From contig JADIIX010000054.1 of assembly GCA_027604505.1 (NCBI GenBank), positions 124,001 through 146,395 on the forward strand: a DNA stretch of 22,395 bases. Direction: 5' to 3'. Shown one piece after another: positions 21,436-22,395 of the stretch; position 1 is the first letter of the stretch, and each line of letters opens with the position of its first letter. The stretch is from Gonapodya sp. JEL0774 (lineage: Eukaryota). The notes beneath the pieces were generated by a model. It was not told where the DNA came from. It saw only the letters and a list, made by a program, of their open reading frames with translations, and did no database searches. Both the position numbers and the translations under genes were made by a program.

Positions 21436-22395
21436 TGTGAGTGCAGTGGAGAAGGCTGATGATGTATGTGTTCGCGTATGGGAGCAGAGCCGCAGGTAGC
21501 AGAGAAAGGAAGAATAAAGTACTGTGGACTCCGCCAAGTGCTTTGAGTGGGAGTAGACCTGTCTGCTATATATGTATGAACCGACCGGTGCTTCCAGAGT
21601 TGGCACCAAGCAAGTCCCCGTCTTCAAACAACAAGGAAACGATATTACGAATTCAAGCGAGCGGGTGCGAAATGATAGCGAGGATGGACTGGGGGGAGAA
21701 CGTCCAGACGTATTGTGGTGGAATCAACGTAGAAAGAACGAAGATTGGAACCCAGTTGCCCAGAGTAATACGAATAGGTCGAAAATGAAATGTCAGCGAA
21801 GCACATCTAAACGCTGGTCCAACTTGGCGACAAGCCCAGGCCTTGACAGCCGTGAGTTGTGTGCCCATTCATGCACTCACGGATTCCCTCCAGACTCCAA
21901 TCCCCTCCGCCAACACGTTCACTATCACCAATCAAGACACAGCGCCACGAAAGCAGAAAAAAGGAACAGAAATGGGAGCCGGAATGGCACGGATACGAGG
22001 TTGCAAGTACAACTCACACCACTGCACTACTTCGCTGCCCGTTTCTCCAGCTTGCTCTTTATTTGCCATCAATGTCCCGGCTCATCCTTCCCTGCATCGC
22101 CCGGCTGAATGGTTGAGTTTTCTGCCCCGCCAAAGTCAGCAGAGGTCGTTTCCAGAACCGGACCTTTCAACCTTCAATGATGATGAATGTGCGCACTGTA
22201 AACCAAAATTCACAAGCACGTATGGGCCGTATATTTGAATTAATGAAGAAACAAGTTTGTTAGTTGCCTTGTTTGGACTCCCCAAACCTGTGTGGTGCGG
22301 AGCTGTCGCCTCACCAGTCCGGCATATGTGAATTCTGGGGTACCCCACATGGGGTGGCGCCTCCTGGGGTGTTTCGCCACCACCCCAAATGAGAA

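Overview
Gene-dense, intron-rich eukaryotic DNA. Short GT-AG introns and fungal-type proteins suggest an early-diverging fungus (chytrid/monoblepharid-like); the taxon is inferred, not proven. I spliced eleven genes by hand, and each model keeps frame across all junctions. In order: 5'-partial SAM decarboxylase (+), GGPP synthase (+), mitochondrial carrier (-), tropomyosin (+), methylmalonate/malonate-semialdehyde dehydrogenase (-), Dus2 (-), a membrane J-protein (-), a cytochrome c peroxidase-type class I peroxidase with a PTS1-like end (-), a caspase-fold/Tudor-like fusion (-), a small predicted mitochondrial membrane protein (+), and an intronless low-complexity single-TM orphan (-). There are two standout observations. 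(1) The tropomyosin has two extra 38-aa actin-binding periods in phase-0 exon cassettes, so splicing could give 161-, 199- or 237-aa forms. (2) The caspase-fold protein keeps its catalytic His, but the DxCxSG nucleophile motif reads GGTNSD, and it is fused to two Tudor-like domains and a bipartite NLS. No rRNA, tRNA, CRISPR array or recognisable transposon was seen.
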